A stretch of 61,276 bases of DNA, the filler included. It is 5 parts of 5 records of this genome, joined end to end, with 100 filler letters (N's around TTAATTAATTAA, not from the genome) between each part and the next. Parts side by side here need not be neighbours in the genome. Positions count along the whole stretch, not along the records: positions 19,128 to 34,821 come from DRR378314_2249; positions 34,922 to 44,252 come from DRR378314_2250; 3 more parts are not named here. One strand, written 5' to 3'. Position 1 is the first letter of the stretch, and every line of letters begins with the position of its first letter. The position numbers and the translations under genes are program-made. Positions 28,967-38,822 of the stretch are shown here, piece after piece. The notes under the pieces are model-generated. The model made no database searches. It saw nothing but the letters and a program-made list of their open reading frames with translations, and was not told the origin of the DNA.

Positions 28967-30307
28967 TTAGGCCGCCCGGGCGGATTGGCACCAGTCGGGT
29001 AGCCAGTCACCATGGGCGGATAGCAGATCGGTCACAAGGTTTCGAATTTGCCGAAGGTCCAGCTCGGCTGCGGTATGTGGGTCCATCATGGCGGCGTGAT
29101 AGATGTATTCAGGATTTTCTTCCGTCAGCGCGCGAACCGTCAGCTCTTGCACATTGATCTGCGTTCGCATCAAGGCAATCAGTTGAGGTGGGATTTCCGT
29201 GACCACCGAGGGTTGGACACCGTTTGCATCGATCAAGCACGGGGTTTCAACCGCAGCGCCCAAAGGTAGCTGGGGAATCTGACCTGTATTTGGCAGATTG
29301 CCATAGGCGGAATAAGGCGTGTCTGTGACGATTGCGTTCATCAGATCGGCAGCAAATTCGTGGCTGCGGTTTACCTCAATGTTACGGCCATCGGTCAGAG
29401 TTTTGGCTTGTTCCTTCCAGTTAGCAACCTGTTCCACACAGCGGCTTGGATATTCGTCCAGCGGGATGCTGAACTGTTCGATCAGGTCGTGGCGCCCCTC
29501 TTTGATAAACCAAGGCACATATTCTGCAAAATGTTCGGAACTTTCAGTGCAGAAGAACCCAAGATGATCCATCACCTCGTACCGAACCTTGTTTGGACAG
29601 CGCGGCATCAGCAGCGGTGGCTTCGGGAGGTATCCCGCGCGGAAACCTTGGCGCAATGCGGGATAAAGATCGCGACCCTCGTATTCGAGCTTAAGGAAAA
29701 AGGCGACGTGGTTTATTCCGGCGACTTTATAGCGAATGTTATCCTTGGACAGGTCAAGATCATGCGACAGTTCTTCAACCGTGTTCTGGACGGAATGGCA
29801 TAGACCCACGTGATTTAACGTGGGAAAGCGCGCGGCCAGGGCCCAGGTGTTGATGGCCATGGGATTCACATATTGCAAAAGCGTCGCATTGGGGCACAGC
29901 TGCATCATGTCCTGCGCAACACCCCACAGGACCGGCACGGTGCGCAAACCCCGCATGATGCCGCCGACACCCAGCGTATCTGCGATTGTCTGGCGCAGGC
30001 CGTATTGCTTTGGAATTTCAAAATCCGTCACTGTGCAAGGCTCGTACCCACCAACCTGAAAGGCAGTGATTACGAAATCCGCTCCGTCGAGCGCAGCGCG
30101 ACGATCAGTGTGGGTCGATACGGTTGCACCTGTACCTACAGAGCGGATCATGGCTTTGGCTACGGCCTCGCTTTCGGCCAAGCGTACCGGATCAATGTCC
30201 ATCAACGCAAAATGACTGTCCGCCAGGGCGGGGGTGAGCAGGGCATCGCCCACGATATTTTGCATGAAAATCGTGGAACCCGCACCAACAAAGGTGATCT
30301 TGGTCAT
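28967..30307 (-). CDS. melA: NAD+-dependent alpha-galactosidase, GH4
   Basis: GAGSTIF, QTIADT, YVNPM, GLCHSV, AGINH, TESSEHFAEY. Confidence 0.92.
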   Translation of the reverse strand: MTKITFVGAGSTIFMQNIVGDALLTPALADSHFALMDIDPVRLAESEAVAKAMIRSVGTGATVSTHTDRRAALDGADFVITAFQVGGYEPCTVTDFEIPKQYGLRQTIADTLGVGGIMRGLRTVPVLWGVAQDMMQLCPNATLLQYVNPMAINTWALAARFPTLNHVGLCHSVQNTVEELSHDLDLSKDNIRYKVAGINHVAFFLKLEYEGRDLYPALRQGFRAGYLPKPPLLMPRCPNKVRYEVMDHLGFFCTESSEHFAEYVPWFIKEGRHDLIEQFSIPLDEYPSRCVEQVANWKEQAKTLTDGRNIEVNRSHEFAADLMNAIVTDTPYSAYGNLPNTGQIPQLPLGAAVETPCLIDANGVQPSVVTEIPPQLIALMRTQINVQELTVRALTEENPEYIYHAAMMDPHTAAELDLRQIRNLVTDLLSAHGDWLPDWCQSARAA

Positions 30308-30329
30308 GAGACAAACCTCTGGTTTGACG

Positions 30330-31178
30330 TTATTTTACAGCACCGAGGGTCAGGCCCGCGATGAAGTGTTTTTGCATCAGGAAGAACATGGCAACCGGCG
30401 GCAAGGCCGCCACGATGGAACCGGCACTCATCAGCTGGTAGGCGGCGCGGAACTGCGCGTTGAAGCTGGTGATACCGGCGGTCACTGGCTGGCTTTCAGC
30501 CCCTTGGGTCAGGACAACGGCCCAGAAATAATCGTTCCAGATGAAAGTGAAGATCAATACGCTGAGTGCAGCGATTGCGGGCTTCATGAGTGGTAGGACC
30601 ACATACCAGAAAATCCGCCATTCGCTGATGCCTTCAACCCGTGCAGCCTCGATCAGTTCAAAGGGCAGAGCGCGGATGAAGTTGCGCATGAACAGCGTGC
30701 AGAAACCCGTCTGAAACGCGATGTGGAACAAGACCAGCCCGGTTTTGGTATTGTATAGACCCAATTGCAGGGTCAGGTCGCGTACCGGAACCATCAGGAT
30801 CTGGAAGGGCACGAAGTTGCCCGCCACAAACATGAAGAAAATCCAAAGGTTCGATTTGAACTTGTAGATTCCCAACGCGAACCCGGTCATGCAGCTGAGC
30901 GCCACGGCTCCGATCACGGTTGGAACTGTGATCAGGAACGAATTCAGCAGATAGCGCGGCATGTCCGAGTTAAAAAAGACTTGCCCGTAGTTGAACGCGC
31001 CCTCAAAGCTGGATGGCATTCCCCAGTAATTCGCATTGGTGAAGTCGGCAGCAGGTTTGACCGAAAACAGCGCAACTGCCAGCAAGGGGCCAAGCCATAA
31101 AAGCAAGGCCAGTGGCAGCATCGCCTGATAGGTAATCTGGGCAGCGCGGGGTTGTTTTTCGATGGGTTTGGGAAACAT
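30330..31178 (-). CDS. Carbohydrate ABC transporter permease
   Basis: EAA loop 'ELIEAARVEG', FIWNDYFW, QKHFIAGLTLGAVK. Confidence 0.93.
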   Translation of the reverse strand: MFPKPIEKQPRAAQITYQAMLPLALLLWLGPLLAVALFSVKPAADFTNANYWGMPSSFEGAFNYGQVFFNSDMPRYLLNSFLITVPTVIGAVALSCMTGFALGIYKFKSNLWIFFMFVAGNFVPFQILMVPVRDLTLQLGLYNTKTGLVLFHIAFQTGFCTLFMRNFIRALPFELIEAARVEGISEWRIFWYVVLPLMKPAIAALSVLIFTFIWNDYFWAVVLTQGAESQPVTAGITSFNAQFRAAYQLMSAGSIVAALPPVAMFFLMQKHFIAGLTLGAVK

Positions 31179-31179
31179 C

Positions 31180-32106
31180 TTAGTGCCCCTTCTCTTCGCG
31201 GTACATCGACCAGAGGAAATAGGCGATGAAGCAGAGCATGATGAGGAACAGGATCACCGCAATGGCTGCTCCGTAACCCATGCGGAAACCGTATTCGGAC
31301 AAGGCGACCTCGAACATGTAATAGGCCAGCACGCGGGATGATCCAAACGGTCCACCTTGTGTCATGATCGAAATAAGGTCGAAGCTACGTAGCGCGCCAA
31401 TGATGGTCACGACGAAGGCGATGAACGTTGCAGGGCGCAGTTGCGGCAGAATGATGTGCCACAGCATCCGCCAGCTTTTAGCCCCGTCCAGACGTCCGGC
31501 CTCGATCTGTTCGGGGTCCACAGCGTTCAGGCCAGTCAGATACAGGATCATGCAATAAGCGGTTTGTGGCCAGAGGCCAGCGAAGATGATGCCATATGTC
31601 ACGAACCGTTCGTCGCCCAGCACGTTCAGCGGGCCGAGGCCAAAGAACCCGAGGAATTCGTTCAGTAGGCCGAAAGTTGGATCGTAAAACCACGTAAAGA
31701 CAAGGCCAACGACGACCTGAGAGATGACGAATGGAAAGAAGAACAAAGACTTATACAGGCGGATGCCCCAAACCGTCTGGTTCAGGAATAGCGCGATGAA
31801 CAGTCCCGCAGGGATTGCGGCCAGATACAGGATCAGCCAGATCAGGTTGTTTTTGAGGGAAATATAGAACGCATCCCGGTCGTACAATTCCCAATAGAGG
31901 TCCTCGTAGTTGCGAAAGCCAACATATTCTGCCGCCCCCAAGCCGTCCCATTCATAGAGGGACAGGTTGAAGGACTGAAATACGGGGATGATCACATAAA
32001 CCATGAAAAAGAGCAGGCCGGGGGCCAGGAACAACCACGGCGCGATGCGCTGTTGATTTCTATGGAACCAGCTTTCTTGTTCTGGGGCGTCAACGGCTGC
32101 GGTCAT
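31180..32106 (-). CDS. Carbohydrate ABC transporter permease
   Basis: VGFRNY, 'EAGRLDGA', LRSFD. Confidence 0.93.
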   Translation of the reverse strand: MTAAVDAPEQESWFHRNQQRIAPWLFLAPGLLFFMVYVIIPVFQSFNLSLYEWDGLGAAEYVGFRNYEDLYWELYDRDAFYISLKNNLIWLILYLAAIPAGLFIALFLNQTVWGIRLYKSLFFFPFVISQVVVGLVFTWFYDPTFGLLNEFLGFFGLGPLNVLGDERFVTYGIIFAGLWPQTAYCMILYLTGLNAVDPEQIEAGRLDGAKSWRMLWHIILPQLRPATFIAFVVTIIGALRSFDLISIMTQGGPFGSSRVLAYYMFEVALSEYGFRMGYGAAIAVILFLIMLCFIAYFLWSMYREEKGH

Positions 32107-32133
32107 GGAACATCTCGGGTCTGGTGGGGGTAA

Positions 32134-32190
32134 GGCAGGTTGATGCCCGCCCTACAATTGAGGGTGACGTAGGCCGGGCTAAAGCCCGGC
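32134..32190. repeat. Pair of GTAG-type REP-like palindromes
   Basis: Plus strand GTAG-GCCGGGCT-AA-AGCCCGGC (32169-32190); minus strand GTAG-GGCGGG-CATCAA-CCTGCC (32155-32134). Confidence 0.6.
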
Positions 32191-32200
32191 CCATGCCAAA

Positions 32201-33460
32201 TCAGTTGTCGTAGATGCGCTGGCGCGCACGCTCCAGCTTGGCCAGAATACGGTCAGCGTTGTCCGGCTTGACCATGAATTCCTGGAAGCCCTCCATTGAT
32301 GCCTTGGCCATTTCTGCCGGTGCGTCACGGTCCCAGAACTGAGCAACACCGCCGGGGCTGTTGGACGACAGCATGGCAAAGCCCTGCTGCAGGAACTTGT
32401 CCTCATCCACCGCAGACTGCGCGTTCACCGGCAATTGGCCGAGGTTTGCGCCGTTGTTGATTTCGGTCTGTTCGTCTGCGGATACTGCGAAACGCAGGAA
32501 CTCACGAGCGGCTTCCTTGTTCGAGGCATTGGCCGGGATGTGGAACGTATCCGTCGGCGCGTCTTCTGCCAATTCGACATCAGGGTTGATGGCAACAAAC
32601 TGGTAGAAGTCGATTTGGTCATCGCTCAGACCGGCTTCGCGCAGCGGTGCCACGGCGAAGTTGCCCATCAGATAGGCCGCCGCTTCACCGTTGACCATAA
32701 AGGGCAGCGCTTCTTGCCAGCTATAGGTCTGGTGGTTGTCGATGAACGCGCCCATGTCGATCAACTGCTTCCAGTTGGCGAACGTCTGCTTAACCCGGTC
32801 GTCCTCCCAACTGATTTCACCATTGGCGAGCTGGTTGTGGAAATCGAACCCATTTGTGCGCATGTTCAGGTAGTCAAACCAGCCACCGGCAGTCCACAGA
32901 AACTTTGTGCCGATGGTATAGCATGCGCGGCCTGAATCGACGATCTTCTGGCAGTTGGCCAGCTCTTCTTCCCAAGTGGTGGGCTCGGTCAGGCCCAGCT
33001 CGTCAAAGATGTCTTTACGGTAGTAAACACCCCACTGGTAGTAGGTGTAAGGTACACCCCATTGCTTGCCGTCTATGGTCATCGCGCCTTTGGTGGATGC
33101 CAGATTATCGGCGATTTCGGGCTCGGCCCATAGGTCCGACACGTCTTCGAACAGACCCGCCTCGACATACGGCTTCATCCGGTTGGCGGCGTACCATGTC
33201 GCAACGTCCGGTGTGTCCGCCGTCAGAAAGTTGCGGATCTGGGTCTTATAGGCCTCACGGTCGATCACCGTGGTTTCGATTTCCAACCCGGGGTGCTCGG
33301 CCGCGAACCGCTCGATCATCGCTTCCATCGTCGCGCGCGGCGCCGGGTTGGATGTATCGAGGAAGATTCGTAACTCGCCGGTCAGCTCAGCCGCAACTGG
33401 CGCAGCAAGTGCAACACTGGCGGCCAACGCGGCCGCGGTGTGCTTGAACATGGAATGCAT
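32201..33460 (-). CDS. Carbohydrate ABC transporter substrate-binding protein
   Basis: Start MHSMFK with GGAGG RBS, signal peptide, SBP_bac_1 pattern 'DGKQWGVP..YYRKDIF..PTTWEE'. Confidence 0.92.
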   Translation of the reverse strand: MHSMFKHTAAALAASVALAAPVAAELTGELRIFLDTSNPAPRATMEAMIERFAAEHPGLEIETTVIDREAYKTQIRNFLTADTPDVATWYAANRMKPYVEAGLFEDVSDLWAEPEIADNLASTKGAMTIDGKQWGVPYTYYQWGVYYRKDIFDELGLTEPTTWEEELANCQKIVDSGRACYTIGTKFLWTAGGWFDYLNMRTNGFDFHNQLANGEISWEDDRVKQTFANWKQLIDMGAFIDNHQTYSWQEALPFMVNGEAAAYLMGNFAVAPLREAGLSDDQIDFYQFVAINPDVELAEDAPTDTFHIPANASNKEAAREFLRFAVSADEQTEINNGANLGQLPVNAQSAVDEDKFLQQGFAMLSSNSPGGVAQFWDRDAPAEMAKASMEGFQEFMVKPDNADRILAKLERARQRIYDN

Positions 33461-33486
33461 AGTTTCCTCCCTTAAGCTTCCATATT

Positions 33487-33527
33487 GGTTCCATTTATTG
33501 AAACCTAGTTTTATATATTGAAAACTA
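33487..33527. promoter_or_regulatory. Two adjacent palindromic operators, probably bound by the IclR regulator
   Basis: GGTTCCATTTATTGAAACC and TAGTTTTATATATTGAAAACTA in the divergent promoter region; shared core TATTGAAA. Confidence 0.6.
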
Positions 33528-33600
33528 CACATCGACTCGGCTAGTCTTGTCAAGACCCTCGTGCCCAAGGTCGGGGGAAAGTGGAGGAGAACAGGCACCC

Positions 33601-34395
33601 GTGGCAGGTGACGGAACAATAGGAAAAGCATGTGATGTGCTGGAACAGGTCGCAGCGTTCGAGCGGCCAGTGCGGTTTGGGGAGTTGCTGGAAAGCAGTG
33701 CGTTCCCCAAGGCGACGCTGTATCGATTTCTGCAATCGCTGACCAATCAAGGCATGCTGCATTATGAACCGGAACGGCAAACGTATTCGCCGGGGATGCG
33801 ATTGGTGCGGTTGGCGCATTCCGCATGGACGCAAAGCTCACTAGCGCCGATCGCGCGCCCCTATCTGGACGCGCTCAGCCAAGAGACCGGGGAAACCGTT
33901 CATCTGGCGCAGCTTGATTCCGGACAGGTGCTTTACGTGGACAAACGCAATGCGCAACGACCGATCGAGATGTACTCAGAGGCCGGCAAGGTTGGCCCGG
34001 CCTATTGTACCGGTGTCGGCAAGGCGATGATGGCCTATCTGGACGAAGCGCAACTGGAAAAGACAATCTCACAACAGAGTTTTCATCGGTTCACCGACAA
34101 GACGCTGACCTCGGGCAAGGCGTTACGGGCTGATATCGAACTGATCCGCAACCGGGGGTACGCGGTGGATGATGAAGAGCATGAGCCCGGTATCATCTGC
34201 ATCGCCTGTCCGATCCTGACCACTGGGGGCCGCATGTTGGGTGCACTTTCGGTGACAGGATCGACCGGACGAATGGATTTCGAGCAGTTAGAAACCTGGG
34301 TGCCCCGTGTTCGGCGCGTAGCAGAGCAGATCGGCACAAAAGCACAGGCATGGCGGTTCCCTGAGGACCAACAAAATAGGATGCAAGCAACATGA
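33601..34395 (+). CDS. IclR family transcriptional regulator
   Basis: HTH '[12 protein letters not shown]', [32 protein letters not shown] start after GGAGGAG. Confidence 0.92.
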   Translation: MAGDGTIGKACDVLEQVAAFERPVRFGELLESSAFPKATLYRFLQSLTNQGMLHYEPERQTYSPGMRLVRLAHSAWTQSSLAPIARPYLDALSQETGETVHLAQLDSGQVLYVDKRNAQRPIEMYSEAGKVGPAYCTGVGKAMMAYLDEAQLEKTISQQSFHRFTDKTLTSGKALRADIELIRNRGYAVDDEEHEPGIICIACPILTTGGRMLGALSVTGSTGRMDFEQLETWVPRVRRVAEQIGTKAQAWRFPEDQQNRMQAT

Positions 34396-34821
34396 CAGGT
34401 GTAACCCTGAAAGGCGCGATCAAACGGTATGGCCAAACTCAGGTCATCCATGGAATTGATCTGCAGATCGAAGATGGCGAGTTCTGTGTGTTCGTCGGAC
34501 CATCAGGCTGTGGCAAGTCCACACTGTTGCGGATGATTGCGGGACTGGAAGAGACCTCGGATGGGGAAATTCATATCGGTTCGCGCGAAGTCACGCATGT
34601 GGACCCTGCTAAGCGTGGTGTGGCGATGGTGTTCCAGACCTACGCGCTGTACCCGCACATGACAGTGGCCGAGAATATGGGTTTTGGTCTGCGCATGAAC
34701 GGGGTTCCCAAAGCCGAGATCGACCGCAAGGTACAAGAGGCGTCGAATATCCTGAAACTCGACCAGTACCTGAAACGCAAACCAAAGGCGCTGTCCGGCG
34801 GTCAGCGTCAGCGGGTCGCCA
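34392..34821 (+). CDS. Sugar ABC transporter ATP-binding protein (MsmK/UgpC-like; 3' end cut by contig end)
   Basis: [35 protein letters not shown]. Confidence 0.93.
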
Positions 34822-34921
34822 NNNNNNNNNNNNNNNNNNNNNNNNNNNNNNNNNNNNNNNNNNNNTTAATTAATTAANNNNNNNNNNNNNNNNNNNNNNN
34901 NNNNNNNNNNNNNNNNNNNNN
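34822..34921. other. Artificial contig linker
   Basis: N44-TTAATTAATTAA-N44. Confidence 0.98.
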
Positions 34922-35854
34922 TTTGGAGAAATGCGACGGAGAGGCAAAGCCACAGGCCAGCGCGACGTTGATCACGCTCATATCGGTTTGCATCAACAGG
35001 TTGCGCGCTTTCTGCAGACGCAGCTCCATGTAATAGCGTTTGGGGCTGCGGTTGAGATAACGGCGGAACAATCGCTCCAGCTGGCGCGTCGACATGCCGA
35101 CATCCTCGGCGAGGATCGACGGGCTGATCGGTTCTTCGATGTGTTTCTCCATCATCTGGATTACCATCGAAAGCTTGGGATGACGCACCCCGATGCGGGT
35201 CGGAATGGACAGGCGCTGCACGTCCTGATCCGTCCGGATGGAGGAATAGATCAGCTGATCCGCCACCATGTTGGCCAGTTCCTCACCATGATCTTCGGCG
35301 ATGATCTTCAGCATCAAGTCGATGGAAGAGGTGCCGCCAGCGGTCGACATGCGGTTGCCATCAATGACGAAGACCGATTTTGTCAGATCGACCTCCTCGA
35401 ACTCTTCGGCAAAACTGTCGGAGTTCTCCCAATGGATGGTCGCACGCTTGCCATCCAGCAAGCCGGCCTTGGCCAACGTGTAGGAGGCCGTACAGAGCCC
35501 AGCGATGGTCAGCCCCTTGCGGGACTCGCGCCGCAACCAGGACAGGACCCGCTTTGTGGTGGCCTTCTGCACCTCGATGCCGCCACAGAGCATGATCGTG
35601 TCATCACGTTGCAGCTCATTCAGATCAGATTCGACCTGAAAGACCGTTCCAGCAGAGCAGGTTACGGTGTCCCCGCCTTCGCCTAGGACGTTCCAGGAAT
35701 ATAACTCCTGACCAGCCATGCGATTGGCGATCCGAAGCGATTCCATCGCAGCGGAAAAACACAGGAGCGTAAACTGATCCAGAAGAACAAACGTAAACCG
35801 GCGATGTTTGCCATCTGAAGTCAGTTCAGGTGGCGCCTCTGGCTTGGCTTGCAT
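34922..35854 (-). CDS. GlxA family AraC-type regulator (3' end cut by contig end)
   Basis: DJ-1-like domain (GLCTAS, ATIHWEN, TAGG) plus AraC HTH (STRQLERLF, VALACGFASPSHFSK). Confidence 0.92.
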
Positions 35855-36054
35855 GGCTCGGGTCCTTACAAAACGGGTCTTCATAGACGGTGCTGGGAAA
35901 GCCGCGCAACGTAACGTCGCGAATTCAAAAAACCTGCTCACAGGATAGCACCGGGGTCAAGACGTGGAAATTCTAAACTGGCCACTGTTAGCGCTCTTCT
36001 ATATACGCTTCTTTCGTAAAACCGGGTTCCAAAGTTATTTTCGGAGTATGAGCC

Positions 36055-37425
36055 ATGAGCGATTGGCAAAAAACGAACTGGCGCAACAAGCCGCGAGTCC
36101 AGATGCCGGACTATCTGGATCAGGACGCGCTGCACTCCGTCGAAGCGCAATTGGGGAAATATCCGCCGCTGGTTTTTGCCGGTGAAGCGCGCCGCCTGAA
36201 GTCCCAGCTTGGGGCAGCGGGACGCGGCGAGGCCTTCCTGCTGCAGGGCGGTGACTGCGCCGAGAGCTTTGAGCAATTCAGCGCCGATGGCATTCGCGAC
36301 ACCTTCAAGGTGATGTTGCAGATGGCCATGGTGCTGACCTACGGCGCCAAGGTGCCGGTGGTGAAAGTAGGGCGCATGGCCGGGCAATTCGCCAAGCCGC
36401 GTTCCGCCCCAACCGAGACCATCGACGGTGTTGAGCTGCCGAGCTATCGCGGTGACATCATCAACGAGCTGGCCTTTACGTCCGACGCGCGCATTCCGGA
36501 TCCGAAAAAGATGCTGCAGGCCTATACTCAGGCCGCGGCGACGCTGAACCTAATCCGCGCCTTCTCCACCGGCGGCTACGCAGATGTGCATCAGGTACAC
36601 GCCTGGACGCTTGGCTTCACCGAAGGTGAAAAGGCCGAGGCCTATCGCGACATGGCGAACCGGATCACCGACACGCTGGACTTCATGAAGGCGGCGGGCG
36701 TCACCAAGGACACTGCGCATACGCTGCAGACGGTGGAATTCTACACCAGCCACGAAGGGCTGCTGTTGGAATATGAAGAGGCCCTGACCCGTCTTGATTC
36801 GACCTCCGGCAAATGGCTGGCAGGCTCCGGTCACATGATCTGGATCGGCGACCGCACCCGCCAGCCGGACGGCGCGCATGTGGAATTCTGCAGCGGTGTG
36901 CTGAACCCGATCGGTCTGAAATGTGGTCCGACCACCACCGCCGACGATCTCAAGGTCCTGATGCAGAAGCTCAACCCGGAGAACGAGGAGGGCAAGCTGA
37001 CCCTGATCGCGCGCTTCGGTGCCGGCAAGGCGGGTGAGCACCTGCCGCGTCTGGTGCAGGCGGTCAAGGAAGAGGGCGCCAAGGTGACCTGGGTCTGCGA
37101 TCCGATGCATGGCAACACCATCAAATCCGCCACTGGCTACAAGACACGGCCCTTCGATTCTGTACTGCGCGAAGTGCGCGACTTCTTCGGAGTGCATCAG
37201 GCCGAGGGCACTATCCCCGGTGGTGTGCATTTCGAGATGACCGGCCAGGACGTCACCGAATGCACCGGTGGGGTGCGGGACGTGACCGAGGAAAACCTCA
37301 GTGATCGCTACCACACCGCCTGTGACCCGCGCCTCAACGCGGATCAGTCGCTGGAGCTGGCCTTCCTCGTCGCCGAGGAACTGTCGCGCCTGCGGACACC
37401 GGGCGAAAGCCGCGCTGCGATATAA
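36055..37425 (+). CDS. Class II DAHP synthase (phospho-2-dehydro-3-deoxyheptonate aldolase)
   Basis: [45 protein letters not shown]. Confidence 0.96.
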   Translation: MSDWQKTNWRNKPRVQMPDYLDQDALHSVEAQLGKYPPLVFAGEARRLKSQLGAAGRGEAFLLQGGDCAESFEQFSADGIRDTFKVMLQMAMVLTYGAKVPVVKVGRMAGQFAKPRSAPTETIDGVELPSYRGDIINELAFTSDARIPDPKKMLQAYTQAAATLNLIRAFSTGGYADVHQVHAWTLGFTEGEKAEAYRDMANRITDTLDFMKAAGVTKDTAHTLQTVEFYTSHEGLLLEYEEALTRLDSTSGKWLAGSGHMIWIGDRTRQPDGAHVEFCSGVLNPIGLKCGPTTTADDLKVLMQKLNPENEEGKLTLIARFGAGKAGEHLPRLVQAVKEEGAKVTWVCDPMHGNTIKSATGYKTRPFDSVLREVRDFFGVHQAEGTIPGGVHFEMTGQDVTECTGGVRDVTEENLSDRYHTACDPRLNADQSLELAFLVAEELSRLRTPGESRAAI

Positions 37426-37447
37426 GAACCAATTTATCGTTGCATTG

Positions 37448-37479
37448 ACGGCCCGCATTGAGATGCGGGCCGTTTTTTG
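37448..37479 (+). terminator. Intrinsic terminator of the DAHP synthase gene
   Basis: ACGGCCCGCAT-TGAG-ATGCGGGCCGT followed by a T-run. Confidence 0.85.
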
Positions 37480-37514
37480 TGGGTAACGCCGACGCAGCAA
37501 GGCCAGACAATCGA

Positions 37515-37553
37515 CAAAAAAGAACGCCCGGAACACATTCTGTGTCCGGGCGT
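37515..37553 (-). terminator. Intrinsic terminator on the minus strand
   Basis: Minus strand GACGCCCGGACAC-AGAAT-GTGTTCCGGGCGTT followed by CTTTTTTT. Confidence 0.75.
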
Positions 37554-37628
37554 CAATGCTTCAACGTCTATGTCCAGTAGGTTGAAACTTATACGTATTA
37601 GCCGCGATTTTGACTAGAATTTTAGCAA

Positions 37629-38612
37629 TCAGTCCCGCGAAACCACCAGACGCAGATGTGACGCGTCTTTGCGCAGCTTGCCACCGCGCGGCGGCCGGGA
37701 CACCAGTTTTTCCACCTCGGTTGTCGATACGGTTTCCAGCGTCACGGAGCTGGTGGTTTCGGTCTCACTTCTGACTGGGGTGCGTGTCGATTTCAACGCC
37801 TCGTCATTCTCACGGCGTGCCCGATCCAGCAGTGATCTCGCCTCATCCATCAGGCTGGTGGACTTGCGTTCAAAGGACGTGCGCGGCTCAGAAAAGCCCG
37901 TCGTCTCGGACGTCTTGCCGGTCGACAGGTCGCGCCGCGGACGGTCTTGCAGACCTGGCTCGGATACGCGCGGGGTCGCCTTGAATTCAGGCTTGTCCAG
38001 CGCGTCACCCGAGGTCTTGCCGACTTTGCGCACGTCATAGCTTTCGACGCTGAAGCGCTGCGACACACGGCTTGCGGCACCTTCGGACACCAGAACGCCC
38101 AGCGCACGGCTGACATCGCCAAGATCGCTGCGCAGCGGTAGCAGTATCATACGCGCTGTGCGGCTGCCCCGCATGCGGGTTGCTTCGGTCTTCAGGTCGA
38201 ATTCCAGAATGGAGGGGTCTTCGAACATATGCTCCAGAGCGGCGCTTATGGTCTTGCGTGCATCTACCGTAAAGAAGGCCGTCAGCGGCATGCCGCGCAC
38301 TTCCATCCCGGCGAGTTCATTGACGCGCTGGCCGGCCAGACGGAACCGAGCGATTCCCGGAGCGACCCGTTCCAGAATAAAAGTCTGGCTCAGGATGTTT
38401 TCCAGCCCACGCGGATCAACCTGTGAGCGGCTGGGGATCTCATCGCCTCGACGCAGTGCGGTCCAGTATGCCTCAGCCTGACGCAGCGGCGACACGTTAG
38501 AGCGTGCGCGAAAGCGATCCATTGCTACCACCTTGTCCAACCCCGTCTTCTTGTCTGCGCCGTCGTGACCGCGAAAAATCATTTTCATGTCCTCTGCATC
38601 CGGTTTCGACAT
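37629..38612 (-). CDS. PAS_5-type domain protein with long low-complexity C-terminal tail
   Basis: 'AEAYWTALR..PSRSQVDP..FILER..RFRLAG..GMEVRG..LLPL' PAS_5 pattern; S/T/R/E-rich tail ending HLRLVVSRD. Confidence 0.82.
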   Translation of the reverse strand: MSKPDAEDMKMIFRGHDGADKKTGLDKVVAMDRFRARSNVSPLRQAEAYWTALRRGDEIPSRSQVDPRGLENILSQTFILERVAPGIARFRLAGQRVNELAGMEVRGMPLTAFFTVDARKTISAALEHMFEDPSILEFDLKTEATRMRGSRTARMILLPLRSDLGDVSRALGVLVSEGAASRVSQRFSVESYDVRKVGKTSGDALDKPEFKATPRVSEPGLQDRPRRDLSTGKTSETTGFSEPRTSFERKSTSLMDEARSLLDRARRENDEALKSTRTPVRSETETTSSVTLETVSTTEVEKLVSRPPRGGKLRKDASHLRLVVSRD

Positions 38613-38658
38613 CGAACCCTGGCAAGAGACCCATGCCCAAGGGTTAACGTCAAATTGG

Positions 38659-38724
38659 TTACCTTGGAGTTAACATGACACAATATAGCTAAAGTTTGGA
38701 CCAATAGTTTAATCAATGGTTAAC
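38659..38724. promoter_or_regulatory. CtrA boxes
   Basis: Exact TTAA-N7-TTAAC at 38709-38724 and near match TTAC-N7-TTAAC at 38659-38674. Confidence 0.7.
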
Positions 38725-38822
38725 ACTTTAGGATAGCGCCCCTCTGCCTTCGCGCGTTCTGCTATGCGGCTGGCATTGACCCGATGCCCTGCACCTGTAT
38801 TCAGGATCAAGGAGGGTCACAG

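Noticed and set aside
33461-33841. Long N-terminal extension of the sugar-binding protein in the ORF track
   Set aside because: It overlaps the promoter and the IclR gene; the start at 33460 has a GGAGG RBS and gives a signal peptide. Similar over-extensions were trimmed for rlmE, exoD, VOC, DMT, fur and ydiU.
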